This document shows, piece by piece, positions 1-9,146 of a stretch of 17,545 nt of DNA. The notes under the pieces are model-generated. The model was not told the origin of the DNA and did not search any database. It was given only the letters and a program-made list of their open reading frames with translations. Source of the stretch: Alteromonas naphthalenivorans (lineage in GTDB: Bacteria > Babelota > Babeliae > Babelales > CAIQNR01); the NCBI GenBank assembly GCA_047631715.1, contig JBLICC010000018.1, positions 1-17,545 on the forward strand. Direction: 5' to 3'. Every line of letters begins with the position of its first letter. Within the stretch, counting starts at the first letter, position 1. The translations under genes were made by a program, and so were the position numbers.

Positions 1-383
1 ACAATTATTTCATCATCAAGGTTTAATTGAAACACATGTAAACTTAAATCACCATTATTTTCATCTTTTAACAATTGCACCAAACCTTGAGCTTGAGCAA
101 TTGTTCGTGGAAATCCATCAAGAATAATAGCCAGAGCAGAATTTATATTTTTTCCGATCCACTGAGCTACCATGTCAATGACCACATTATCAGATACTAG
201 TGTACCAGATTTAATAGCAAAATCTATCTCCTGGCCAATCTTTGTGCCTTCTGAACGATGCTTTCGACATTCATTACCTGTCGAGAGCTCTTTCCAGCCT
301 AATTTTTTGACACACAATCGAGACAACGCCCCTTTGCCCGCTCCAGGTGCTCCTAAGAAAACAAATACCTGTTTTGTACTCAA
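1..383 (-). CDS. adk: Adenylate kinase, N-terminal part (continues beyond the window start); not in the ORF track
   Basis: Manual translation from TTG at 383-381 (TTGA overlap with the secY stop, GAGG upstream): MSTKQVFVFLGAPGAGKGALSRLCVKKLGWKELSTGNECRKH...SGTLVSDNVV...IILDGFPRTIAQA. It has the P-loop, STG, GxLVxD and LDGFPRT motifs and sits in the canonical position after secY. Confidence 0.95.
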   Translation of the reverse strand, partial: MSTKQVFVFLGAPGAGKGALSRLCVKKLGWKELSTGNECRKHRSEGTKIGQEIDFAIKSGTLVSDNVVIDMVAQWIGKNINSALAIILDGFPRTIAQAQGLVQLLKDENNGDLSLHVFQLNLDDEII

Positions 384-1693
384 CGCGCGCCTCGTGCTTT
401 TAATCTACCAGAAGACAAAAAACCTTCATAATTATGCTCAATAAGATACGATTCAATTTGAGAAGACGTATCAAGAGCAACTCCAACAACAATCAATAAA
501 GCTGTCCCACCTAAATAGAATGGCATTGAAACAAGTGCCGCCATAAGATTTGGAAGTATAGCCAATAATCCTAAATATGTTGCACCAACAAGACCAAGGC
601 GTGTTAAAATATGATCAAAAAATTCTGCTGTTTTACGTCCTGGACGAATTCCAGGAATAAATCCACCACTTTTTTTAATATTATCTGCAAGCTCTGTTGG
701 ATTAAACACCAATGCTGTATAAAAGAAATAGAAGAATACAATCATAACAAACTGTAATACATTAAACAGCAAGCCCGTCTGTACCATCTTTTCAGATATC
801 ATTGAGAAAAATTTATATTTTTTCGCCAACATTCCTGTAATAGAAAGAGGAATATTTAAAACAGAAGATGCAAAAATTACCGGCATCACACTCGCGCTAT
901 TAATTTTGAATGGTATATAAGTATTTTGACCACCATACACCTTCTGACCAATAACTCTTCGTGCATATTGTACAGGTATCTTTCTATCACCTTTTTCTAA
1001 GAATACAATACATGCGGTAATTAAAATGAATGCAACCCAAATTAACACACCAATAATAGGATCTAATCTTCCTGTTTGAACAGAATGTATCGTTTTAATA
1101 ACATAATCAGGAAAACGTCCAACGATACCCGCAAAGATAATCATTGAACTTCCATTACCAATGCCAAATAACGAAATCTGCTCTCCAAGCCACATAACAA
1201 CCATACACCCAACAGACAAAGAAAGAATAAAAATAAATCTAAATGTCCAATCAGGTTCAAGTACAAGACCATATGACTCTAAAGCTGCTGCATACATAGA
1301 ACTGTACACAATACTAATGCCTAATGCTACATAGCGCGTATATTGATTAATAATACGTCTTCCGTAGTCACCTTCCTTAAGAAGCTGTTCAAAGTAGGGA
1401 ATAGTAAATCCTAAAATTTGCATCATGATAGAAGCCGTAATATACGGCATAATACCAAGAGCAAATAACGTACACTGAGCAAGTGCACCACCAGAAAAAA
1501 CATCAAGGTATCCAAGTAAACCACTCAGTTTACTTGCCTGTTGCATAAAATCACGTAAACGACTTACGTCAACCCCAATAACAGGAATATACGTTCCCAA
1601 TCTGTAAATAACCAAAACTCCCAAAGTAAAGAACATTTTTTTTCTTAACTCAGGAATAGAGAATATATTTTTTAAATTTCTTAAAATGATCAC
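380..1693 (-). CDS. secY: Preprotein translocase subunit SecY
   Basis: 437 aa multi-TM protein with LFALGIMPYITASI, WLGEQI..GIGNGSS, IPGIRPG and GGTALLIVVGV motifs; GTG start; follows rplO. Confidence 0.99.
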   Translation of the reverse strand: MIILRNLKNIFSIPELRKKMFFTLGVLVIYRLGTYIPVIGVDVSRLRDFMQQASKLSGLLGYLDVFSGGALAQCTLFALGIMPYITASIMMQILGFTIPYFEQLLKEGDYGRRIINQYTRYVALGISIVYSSMYAAALESYGLVLEPDWTFRFIFILSLSVGCMVVMWLGEQISLFGIGNGSSMIIFAGIVGRFPDYVIKTIHSVQTGRLDPIIGVLIWVAFILITACIVFLEKGDRKIPVQYARRVIGQKVYGGQNTYIPFKINSASVMPVIFASSVLNIPLSITGMLAKKYKFFSMISEKMVQTGLLFNVLQFVMIVFFYFFYTALVFNPTELADNIKKSGGFIPGIRPGRKTAEFFDHILTRLGLVGATYLGLLAILPNLMAALVSMPFYLGGTALLIVVGVALDTSSQIESYLIEHNYEGFLSSGRLKARGAR

Positions 1694-1708
1694 TGGCTCA
1701 GACCTCTT

Positions 1709-2149
1709 TTATATAAGGTGAACTTCTCCACCACAAGAAATAATTGCTTCTTGTGCTACCGCACTACACGCATCAACTGTTATAGTAAGTTTTTTGGAAA
1801 GTTTTCCACGTCCCAATATTTTTACTAAAACATTTGATTTTTTAACTAATCCTTTTTCAGCAAGAATATTTTTTGTAATTGCATCACCGTCACTAAAAAT
1901 AGTGTCGAGTTGATCTAAATTAACAAGTAAAAATTCTTTTTTAAAGCGAGCATTCGTAAACCCACGCTTAGGTAAACGTCTATGCAATGGCATTTGACCA
2001 CCTTCAAACGCTGGTCCTATTTTTCTACCAGCACCTGAACGAGCTTTTTGCCCTTTATGTCCTTTACCTGAAGTGCCTCCACGGCTTCCTCCACGACCAA
2101 TACGCTTACGCTTATTGGTAATTTTAATTCTTTCGTGCAACTTATTCAT
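1709..2149 (-). CDS. rplO: 50S ribosomal protein uL15
   Basis: RIGRG..GTSGKGHKGQKARSG and FEGGQMPLHRRLPKRGF motifs. Confidence 0.99.
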   Translation of the reverse strand: MNKLHERIKITNKRKRIGRGGSRGGTSGKGHKGQKARSGAGRKIGPAFEGGQMPLHRRLPKRGFTNARFKKEFLLVNLDQLDTIFSDGDAITKNILAEKGLVKKSNVLVKILGRGKLSKKLTITVDACSAVAQEAIISCGGEVHLI

Positions 2150-2669
2150 GGCTGCCCTTTATAATTTGTTCTACACTTCTTCCACGAAGTTGAGCTATAC
2201 GTTTAAGTCCACGCAATTGAGCTAAAGCATTCAAAGTAGCCTTAACAACATTAGTAGGATTTTCAGATCCCAATGATTTTGCTAAAACGTCTTTTACTCC
2301 TAAAGCTTCCATAACAGAACGAACTGCACCACCGGCTATAACACCAGTACCTTTAGAAGCAGAACGAATTAATACTCTACTAGCACCATGACGACCTAAT
2401 ACATTGTATGGGAGCGTTGATCCTCGAAGAGAAACTTCTATTAAATTTTTACGAGCACGATTTGTTGCTTTAGTAATAGCTGCAGCAACTTCGCGACTCT
2501 TCCCTTGTCCAATACCAATACGACCACCTTGATCACCCGTAACAACAAGTGCAGAAAAACCAAATCTTTTTCCACCTTTAGTAACTTTTGTTACACGACG
2601 AACCTTGATAACATTATCAACCATTGTCGTTTGATCTTTTGCTGATTCTTTTCTTGTGCGTTCAGCCAT
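2142..2669 (-). CDS. rpsE: 30S ribosomal protein uS5
   Basis: RVTKVTKGGKRFGFSALVV and GTGVIAGG motifs. Start moved from 2684 to the ATG at 2669 because GAGGA lies just upstream of it. Confidence 0.98.
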   Translation of the reverse strand: MAERTRKESAKDQTTMVDNVIKVRRVTKVTKGGKRFGFSALVVTGDQGGRIGIGQGKSREVAAAITKATNRARKNLIEVSLRGSTLPYNVLGRHGASRVLIRSASKGTGVIAGGAVRSVMEALGVKDVLAKSLGSENPTNVVKATLNALAQLRGLKRIAQLRGRSVEQIIKGSHE

Positions 2670-2692
2670 AATTTTATTCCTCATCCATCATA

Positions 2693-3052
2693 CTAAATTT
2701 CCAAGCCACCGGCCCTAAGACCTTCTGCTAACGCTTTAACTCTTCCATGATACAGGCATGAACCTCTATCAAATGCTGCTTTCTTGATTCCTTTTTCTAA
2801 AGCTTTTTTTGCAACTTCAATGCCAATGGCATGTGCAATTTCAGCTTTAGTACCTTTTGCATCTTTAACTGTTAAAGAAGATGCGCTTGCAACTGTTGCA
2901 TGTTGAGCATCAACAATAACCTGCGCATAGATATGCCCAAGACTTCTGAATACCGAAACTCGCGGAAGAGCAGAATCATGTTTACGTAAACGATTACGTA
3001 CACCAAGAGTTCTTCTCTTTTTACGATTTTTTTCTTTTTTCTTAATTGTCAT
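2693..3052 (-). CDS. rplR: 50S ribosomal protein uL18
   Basis: PRVSVFRS..HIYAQ and FDRG..LYHGRVKALAEGLRAGGL motifs. Confidence 0.98.
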   Translation of the reverse strand: MTIKKKEKNRKKRRTLGVRNRLRKHDSALPRVSVFRSLGHIYAQVIVDAQHATVASASSLTVKDAKGTKAEIAHAIGIEVAKKALEKGIKKAAFDRGSCLYHGRVKALAEGLRAGGLEI

Positions 3053-3089
3053 TTTTTATCCTCTATAAAGCCTTAACTACTTAGTTAAA

Positions 3090-3629
3090 CTAAGCGCCTT
3101 TAGCTTTCCCTGCTTTACGAATAACAATATCTGTCGTTAAACGAACGCCAGTACCTTTGTAAGGTTCTGTTGGTCTTAATAAACGAAACTCACCGCAAAC
3201 TTGACCTACAAGCTGTTTATCAGCTGACTTAACCGTAACATTTTGTCCGGATCTATCAATATCAACTGTTACACCTTCTGGTAAATCAAAATTAATTTTA
3301 TGACTATACCCTAAAGAGAATTCAATTTGTTTGCCTTTAGCAATAGCTTTATAACCTAATCCAGTAATCTTGATATGGCGTTCAAATAATTTTGCTGCGC
3401 CTTCAATTTTACCTGCTAATAGTGCTCGGTGTAATCCCCAAATACGATTAACATTGCGGCTTTTTGCTTTTGTTTTAACAAACAATTGATTATCTACAAC
3501 TTCAATAATCAACTCTTCTGGAATTACATACATACCAGATGCATGCGGCCCCTTATAGTTTATTTCTTGCCCTTGTATATCAAGCGTTACACCGTCAAGC
3601 TTAATAGGCTTTCTTCCAATTTTTGACAT
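3090..3629 (-). CDS. rplF: 50S ribosomal protein uL6
   Basis: MSKIGRKPI, GLGYKA, LGYSH and EPYKGTGV motifs. Confidence 0.99.
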   Translation of the reverse strand: MSKIGRKPIKLDGVTLDIQGQEINYKGPHASGMYVIPEELIIEVVDNQLFVKTKAKSRNVNRIWGLHRALLAGKIEGAAKLFERHIKITGLGYKAIAKGKQIEFSLGYSHKINFDLPEGVTVDIDRSGQNVTVKSADKQLVGQVCGEFRLLRPTEPYKGTGVRLTTDIVIRKAGKAKGA

Positions 3630-3640
3630 TTTTTATTCCC

Positions 3641-4042
3641 CTACCAAACTCTGCAAAGTATTTCTCCACCAATTTTAGTAGAGTCACTTTTTGCTTTTTT
3701 GTCAGTCATAATACCACGACTAGTACTAATAATCGCAATACCAAGACCACCAATAACTGGTTTAATATTTTTTACTTTTTCGTAAATACGACGACTTGGC
3801 TTACTTACACGTTGAATATCATGAATAACTGATTCACCCTCAACATATCTAAGCACGATCTTTAATTTTTTTCTTAAAGAATTTTCTGTATCAACTTCAA
3901 AGTCTTGAATGAAACCTTCTGTTTTTAAAATACGAGCAATTTCTTCATTCATTTTAGAATGAGGAGCTACCGCATACGGTTTAGAAGACTTTATTTTATT
4001 TCTAATGATGGTCAAAAAGTTACCAATCGTATCGATTGACAT
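3641..4042 (-). CDS. rpsH: 30S ribosomal protein uS8
   Basis: DTIGNFLTIIRN, RVSKPSRRIY, GLGIAIISTSRGIMTD and GGEILC motifs. Confidence 0.99.
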   Translation of the reverse strand: MSIDTIGNFLTIIRNKIKSSKPYAVAPHSKMNEEIARILKTEGFIQDFEVDTENSLRKKLKIVLRYVEGESVIHDIQRVSKPSRRIYEKVKNIKPVIGGLGIAIISTSRGIMTDKKAKSDSTKIGGEILCRVW

Positions 4043-4065
4043 AGTTATAGTTCCTTACTCACAGG

Positions 4066-4371
4066 TTACCAACTTGCTTTCTTTACACCTGGCAATAAGC
4101 CCTGTAAAGCAAGTTTACGAAATTTAATTCGAGAAAGTTTAAACATTCCCATATATCCTCGGGGCCGTCCAGTTAATTCACATCGATTACGTACACGTAC
4201 TGGACTTGAATTGCGTGGTAACGCAGAAAGTTTTGCTTGAGCTTCCAAACGTTCTTGTAGTGAAAGATTTTCATCTTTCACAAGAGCTTTTAAACGAACT
4301 CGTTCATCTTTATGTTTCAGAACAAGACGTTTACGACGATTATTTTTTTCTATAGATGATTTTTTTGCCAT
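4066..4371 (-). CDS. rpsN: 30S ribosomal protein uS14, long zinc-independent (C-) type
   Basis: 101 aa; [27 protein letters not shown] and LPGVKKASW; only one Cys. Confidence 0.99.
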   Translation of the reverse strand: MAKKSSIEKNNRRKRLVLKHKDERVRLKALVKDENLSLQERLEAQAKLSALPRNSSPVRVRNRCELTGRPRGYMGMFKLSRIKFRKLALQGLLPGVKKASW

Positions 4372-4376
4372 TCGTT

Positions 4377-4937
4377 TTACCTATTCTTTTCAGTTTTTGA
4401 ACGAAACGGCATATTAAATACTTTTAACAACGCTGCTGCTTGTTCATCATTTTTAGCTGTTGTACAGATCGTAACGTTAAGCCCAAAAGCTTTGTCCCCA
4501 GTTAAATCATCAGCTTCAGGGAACACTGACCATTCTTTAATACCAAGATTGTAATTACCCTTGCGATCAAATTTTGTTCCAACACCCCTAAAATCACGTA
4601 CATTAGGAAGAGCTATACTAATAAGACGATCTAAGAATTCATACATTCTTTTTTTACGCAATGTAACCATTACACCAAGTGGCATACCTTCACGAATTTT
4701 AAAACCCGCAATAGATTTTTTTGCTTTTGTTTGAACAGTTTTTTGTCCAGCAATTTTTTCTAAGGTTTTTGCTACTTTTTGCAAGATGCGACTGTCTCCA
4801 ACCGCTTCTTTTACACCAACATTGAGTACTATTTTAGAAATTTGTGGAACATTAGTAACGTTCTTAATTTCTAAATCTTTTTGTAACTCAGCACGAAATT
4901 TTGTGTCATATAGCTCTTTGAGTCGTGGCTTTATCAT
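4377..4937 (-). CDS. rplE: 50S ribosomal protein uL5
   Basis: [34 protein letters not shown] and GNYNLGIKE motifs. Confidence 0.99.
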   Translation of the reverse strand: MIKPRLKELYDTKFRAELQKDLEIKNVTNVPQISKIVLNVGVKEAVGDSRILQKVAKTLEKIAGQKTVQTKAKKSIAGFKIREGMPLGVMVTLRKKRMYEFLDRLISIALPNVRDFRGVGTKFDRKGNYNLGIKEWSVFPEADDLTGDKAFGLNVTICTTAKNDEQAAALLKVFNMPFRSKTEKNR

Positions 4938-4955
4938 AATTGTAATCCTTAACCC

Positions 4956-5267
4956 TTAAATAATCTCTTTGCAACGACTGCAAATGCGTGCGCGTTTACC
5001 ATCTTCTAACTGTTTGCTTCCAACACGACACGTTTTCTTGCATGAAGAACAAATCGGCATCACATTTGGTGCGTATATAAAAGACTCTTCTTTACGAATA
5101 CCAGAAGTTTCGCCTTGACGACGAGCTTTGACATGTCTAGTTACAATACTTACCCCTTTTATTTTTACTTTATCTTTCTTGGGTAAGATAGCCAAAACTA
5201 CGCCTTCTTTCCCCTTATCTTTTCCTGCGATAATTTTTACTTTATCATTTTTCTTTATACGCATCAT
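4956..5267 (-). CDS. rplX: 50S ribosomal protein uL24 with CxxC...CxxC
   Basis: KOW motif IKKNDKVKIIAGKDKGKEG; CSSC and CSRC near the C-terminus. Confidence 0.98.
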   Translation of the reverse strand: MMRIKKNDKVKIIAGKDKGKEGVVLAILPKKDKVKIKGVSIVTRHVKARRQGETSGIRKEESFIYAPNVMPICSSCKKTCRVGSKQLEDGKRARICSRCKEII

Positions 5268-5286
5268 CTGTCGTTACCTTTATGCT

Positions 5287-5664
5287 CTACAAAACCTCTG
5301 GTGCAAGTGAAACTACTTTTGAAAATCCCTTATAGCCTTTACGAGAACGTAGTTCTCGAGCAACTGGACCAAAAATACGAGTCGCCACCATTTCATTATC
5401 TTTTATAATTACAGAAGCATTTTCACTAAAACGAATGTAAGTACCATCTTCACGACGAAACTCTTTTCTCGTTCTTACAATAACTGCTGTTACTACATCA
5501 CTTTTCTTCACTACTCCACCTGGAATAGCTACTTTAACTGCACATTTTATAAGGTCACCCAAATATGCAAATCTTTTTCTTGTACTTCCAATAATATGGA
5601 TACATTGTATTTTTTTTGCACCCGAATTATCAGCAACTACTAAGTATGATTCTTTTTGTATCAT
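5287..5664 (-). CDS. rplN: 50S ribosomal protein uL14
   Basis: [24 protein letters not shown] and SLAPEVL motifs. Confidence 0.99.
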   Translation of the reverse strand: MIQKESYLVVADNSGAKKIQCIHIIGSTRKRFAYLGDLIKCAVKVAIPGGVVKKSDVVTAVIVRTRKEFRREDGTYIRFSENASVIIKDNEMVATRIFGPVARELRSRKGYKGFSKVVSLAPEVL

Positions 5665-5972
5665 GACTTTTTCTCCACAGGTGAACTATTTAAATCAGAT
5701 TTTTTAATAATCCGAGTTAAATACATGTGTTTTGTCTTTGAAAGTGGACGACCTTCTTGGATTTCAACAGTATCACCTTTTGAAGATTCTTCATTTTGAT
5801 CATGCACTTTATAGTTCTTTTGCACTTTCAAAACTTTTCCAAAAAATGGATGTTTAAATTTTCTTGTCACCCGAACAACAACAGTCTTGTCCATTTTGTC
5901 AGAAATAACTTCTCCTAACAAAATACGTTTTTGTTTTTGTTGCTCAGATACAACTTTATTATTTTTACTCAT
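5661..5972 (-). CDS. rpsQ: 30S ribosomal protein uS17
   Basis: [22 protein letters not shown] and RPLSKTK motifs. Confidence 0.98.
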   Translation of the reverse strand: MSKNNKVVSEQQKQKRILLGEVISDKMDKTVVVRVTRKFKHPFFGKVLKVQKNYKVHDQNEESSKGDTVEIQEGRPLSKTKHMYLTRIIKKSDLNSSPVEKKS

Positions 5973-6195
5973 GTGTCAGCTCTTTCTCGTTCAGAGTACT
6001 TTCTTTGAACTGCAAATGCGTAAGCCCTCGTGCAATATTTTTTTTCAATTTATTAAATTGAGAAAAATCTTTTACATGAGAAGTTGCAGCATTTAAACGA
6101 AGACTTAACAATTGTCGTCTCCATTCAATTACTTTTGCTTTGAGCTCTATAGCATTTAATTCTGTAAGCTCTTTATTCAAATCCGATTTTTTCAT
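5965..6195 (-). CDS. rpmC: 50S ribosomal protein uL29
   Basis: Lies between rplP and rpsQ; EL...LLSLRL...KKNIAR helical-hairpin pattern. Confidence 0.93.
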   Translation of the reverse strand: MKKSDLNKELTELNAIELKAKVIEWRRQLLSLRLNAATSHVKDFSQFNKLKKNIARGLTHLQFKESTLNEKELTHE

Positions 6196-6614
6196 ACAAC
6201 TGCCTCCTGGCTCTTCTTAACAAATCTTGTTTTCATAGGAAGTTTTGATTTTACTAAACTGAAAATCTCACGTGCTTTTACTTCTTCAACACCACCAATT
6301 TCACAAATAATACGACCACGCTTTACTACAGCAACCCATAACTCAGGGTTCCCTTTACCTTTTCCCATACGTGTTTCAGCAGGCTTTTTAGTTACCGGCT
6401 TATCAGGAAACATTCGTAAGAAAAAAGAACCTTCTTTTTTTAATCCTCGAGACATAGTCACACGAATCGCCTCGATTTGCTGTGAAGTAATCCAAGCAGG
6501 AATAACAGCTTCTAAACCATATTCACCAAAAGCAATTGTACGGCACCCTTTGGAAAGGCCTCGGCGCTTTCCTCGTTGGACTTTTCTATATTTAGTTTTT
6601 TTAGGCATCAACAT
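6192..6614 (-). CDS. rplP: 50S ribosomal protein uL16
   Basis: MLMPKKTKYRK and FPDKPVTKKPAETRMGKGKG motifs. Confidence 0.99.
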   Translation of the reverse strand: MLMPKKTKYRKVQRGKRRGLSKGCRTIAFGEYGLEAVIPAWITSQQIEAIRVTMSRGLKKEGSFFLRMFPDKPVTKKPAETRMGKGKGNPELWVAVVKRGRIICEIGGVEEVKAREIFSLVKSKLPMKTRFVKKSQEAVV

Positions 6615-6633
6615 AATATTTTCTTTCTATCAC

Positions 6634-7266
6634 TTATACAAATTGATATTCGCCACGGCCAATCCACACTTTTACACCAATTTTTCCATAGGTAGTTTGC
6701 GCTTCTACAAGCCCATAGTCAATATCCGCACGTAAAGTATGAAGAGGAACAGATCCCATTCTTACCCATTCTGTACGGGCAATTTCAGCCCCATTCAAAC
6801 GTCCAGCACAACAAATCTTAATGCCTTTTGCACCAGCACGTAATGTTGAAGCTGCAGCACGTTTCATTGCTTTTTTATAACTACCACGACGTTCTAATTG
6901 TCCTGCAATATTTGCTGCTACTAATGTTGCATCTAAATCAGGAGCTTTAATCTCTTGAATAGATATTTCAATTGCATTTTTTTTAACAATTTTAGAAATT
7001 TCTTTCCGCAAATTATCAATCTCTTGACCTTTTTTACCAATCAAGATTCCTGGACGACCAGAATGAATAATAATTTTTATATTATCGCCAGCTTTTTCAA
7101 TTTCAACTCGAGAAACTTCGCCATTACGCAGTCTCTTTGCTAAAAAAAATCTTATTTTAAGATCTTCTAGCAATTGATCACCGTAATTTTTACGTGCAAA
7201 CCAACGAGCATCCCAATCTTTATAAACGCCGACTCTAAAACCTTTTGGGTTTACCTTTTGTCCCAC
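6634..7266 (-). CDS. rpsC: 30S ribosomal protein uS3
   Basis: [13 protein letters not shown] (GTG start), KH motif [21 protein letters not shown] and [11 protein letters not shown]. Confidence 0.99.
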   Translation of the reverse strand: MGQKVNPKGFRVGVYKDWDARWFARKNYGDQLLEDLKIRFFLAKRLRNGEVSRVEIEKAGDNIKIIIHSGRPGILIGKKGQEIDNLRKEISKIVKKNAIEISIQEIKAPDLDATLVAANIAGQLERRGSYKKAMKRAAASTLRAGAKGIKICCAGRLNGAEIARTEWVRMGSVPLHTLRADIDYGLVEAQTTYGKIGVKVWIGRGEYQFV

Positions 7267-7267
7267 A

Positions 7268-7618
7268 CTAAGCCTCTTTTGCTTGTTGATTTGATTCTAA
7301 TACAACACTAATATGACTAAATCTTCTACGTTGTGGCGCTGCTTTACCCATAGAACCTGGCTTAAAATAGCGGAATGATCGACCCTGATCAACAACAATT
7401 GCTTTTACCTGCAAGTCATTTCCTTCTACCCCTTGAAGGTTTTTTGCATTGGCTACCGCAGATTCAATCAATTTTTTTATCGGTCTTACACGCTGTAAGG
7501 ACTGGGTAGATAGCCACTGTAGAGCGTAGGTAGCGCTCTTTCCCCTTACCACATCAATAAGTGGTCTTAATTTAAAAGGAGAAAAAGGAATGTTTTTCGA
7601 TTTTGCTTTAAACTGCAT
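7268..7618 (-). CDS. rplV: 50S ribosomal protein uL22
   Basis: SP.KLR...[15 protein letters not shown] and VDQG...SHISVV motifs; lies between rpsS and rpsC. Confidence 0.97.
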   Translation of the reverse strand: MQFKAKSKNIPFSPFKLRPLIDVVRGKSATYALQWLSTQSLQRVRPIKKLIESAVANAKNLQGVEGNDLQVKAIVVDQGRSFRYFKPGSMGKAAPQRRRFSHISVVLESNQQAKEA

Positions 7619-7662
7619 TATAGCCTCAAACTCGTTATATTCATACTGTTAGTGTACTGCAA

Positions 7663-7950
7663 TTACCCTTTAGGGGCAACTCCAGCTTTTCGCTGACCAC
7701 TGTGTAACCTAAAAGTACGTGTGGGAGCAAACTCACCTAAATAATGTCCTACCATATCTTCAGTAACAAATACTGAGATAAATTTTTTACCGTTATGTAC
7801 CGCAATTGAAAGTCCTACAAATTCAGGAATTATCATACTGCGACGAGACCATGTTTTAATTGGCTCTGTTTTTTTATCCGTTTTTGCATGCTGCACTTTT
7901 TTAATAAGTGATGCGTCTACAAAAGGACCTTTTCTCGTTGATCGACTCAT
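7663..7950 (-). CDS. rpsS: 30S ribosomal protein uS19
   Basis: [22 protein letters not shown] and [12 protein letters not shown] motifs. Confidence 0.99.
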   Translation of the reverse strand: MSRSTRKGPFVDASLIKKVQHAKTDKKTEPIKTWSRRSMIIPEFVGLSIAVHNGKKFISVFVTEDMVGHYLGEFAPTRTFRLHSGQRKAGVAPKG

Positions 7951-7967
7951 AGTTTCTTATTCCCTAC

Positions 7968-8798
7968 TTACTTATTTTTCCTAGAAGGACGTCTTTTTAA
8001 AATAAGTGAATTCTTACGTTTACGGGTTCTTGTACCCTTACAACCTTTACCCCAAGGAGTTTGCGGATGAGAACCAGATTTAGATCGACCTTCACCACCA
8101 CCATGAGGATGATCTACCGGGTTCATAGCCATACCACGAACAGACGGACGGAACCCTCTATTACGTGTTCTTCCTGCTTTACCCCAAGAAATATTTTTAA
8201 AATCAGCATTACCTAATTCACCAATAGTCGCCCAGCAATCTAAATGCACTTGGCGCATTTCTCTAGAAGGCATACGCAATGTTGCATAATCATCTGTCTT
8301 TGCCATTAGCTGAACAGATGTTCCTGCACTTCGTGCAATTTTACCACCAGAACCTGGTCGAATCTCAATATTATGTACGGTAAACCCAACTGGAATACTT
8401 CTTAAAGACATTGCATTTCCAGGCTTTGCTTCTACGCTATTACCCGCAATAATTGGATGTCCTACTTTTAGACCTTCAGGTAAAAGAATATAACGTTGAT
8501 CACCATTTTGATAAGCAACTAAACCAATACGTACATTACGATTTGGATCATACTCAACCGAAACAATTTTTCCAGGAATATCTCTTACACTACGTGCAAA
8601 ATCGATAACACGATATTTTCTACGAGCACCACCACCTCGATGACGAACAGTGATTCTTCCGTACGCATTACGTCCACCCGTTTTACGTAAACCAACCGTT
8701 AATTTTTTATTTGGCTTATTCGTAGTAATATCTTCTGAAGAAATAAAGGTTTGGAAACGAAGCGATGCGTTCCTTGGTTTTCTTTTTACAATAGCCAT
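7968..8798 (-). CDS. rplB: 50S ribosomal protein uL2
   Basis: GRITVRHRGGG, EYDPNR and RP.VRGMAMNPVDHPHGGGEG motifs. Confidence 0.99.
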   Translation of the reverse strand: MAIVKRKPRNASLRFQTFISSEDITTNKPNKKLTVGLRKTGGRNAYGRITVRHRGGGARRKYRVIDFARSVRDIPGKIVSVEYDPNRNVRIGLVAYQNGDQRYILLPEGLKVGHPIIAGNSVEAKPGNAMSLRSIPVGFTVHNIEIRPGSGGKIARSAGTSVQLMAKTDDYATLRMPSREMRQVHLDCWATIGELGNADFKNISWGKAGRTRNRGFRPSVRGMAMNPVDHPHGGGEGRSKSGSHPQTPWGKGCKGTRTRKRKNSLILKRRPSRKNK

Positions 8799-8801
8799 AG
8801 T

Positions 8802-9146
8802 TTACTCCTGCGCCTTCAATGATTGTACATAATCTGTAGCAATAATATCTGTACCACTTTGTCCTAGAACGTCAATTGAATAACCTTCTTTAAGTGTTAC
8901 AATTGCTTTTTTTTCATGTATGCCTTTGATAGGTCGTTTATTAGCTATACGTGCTTTTGGCTTACGAATACTAATACGAACCTTATCAACTTTTACATTG
9001 AACAATTTTTCAAGCGCTTCTTTTACTAAAGGCTTATTTGCTTTCATATGCACCTTAATAATAAGTTGCTTTAACTTATTATTAACCTTGTAAGCCTTGT
9101 CTGTAATTACAGGACCTTTAATAATATCATAAATCGTTATGTCCAT
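8802..9146 (-). CDS. rplW: 50S ribosomal protein uL23 with a C-terminal extension
   Basis: DIIKGPVITDKA, ANK..VKEALEKLFNVKV and KKAIVTL motifs. Confidence 0.97.
   Translation of the reverse strand: MDITIYDIIKGPVITDKAYKVNNKLKQLIIKVHMKANKPLVKEALEKLFNVKVDKVRISIRKPKARIANKRPIKGIHEKKAIVTLKEGYSIDVLGQSGTDIIATDYVQSLKAQE

Noticed and set aside
4890..4960. Possible uS8-binding hairpin at the rplX-rplE junction, as in E. coli
   Set aside because: I could not build a convincing helix-21-like stem by hand.
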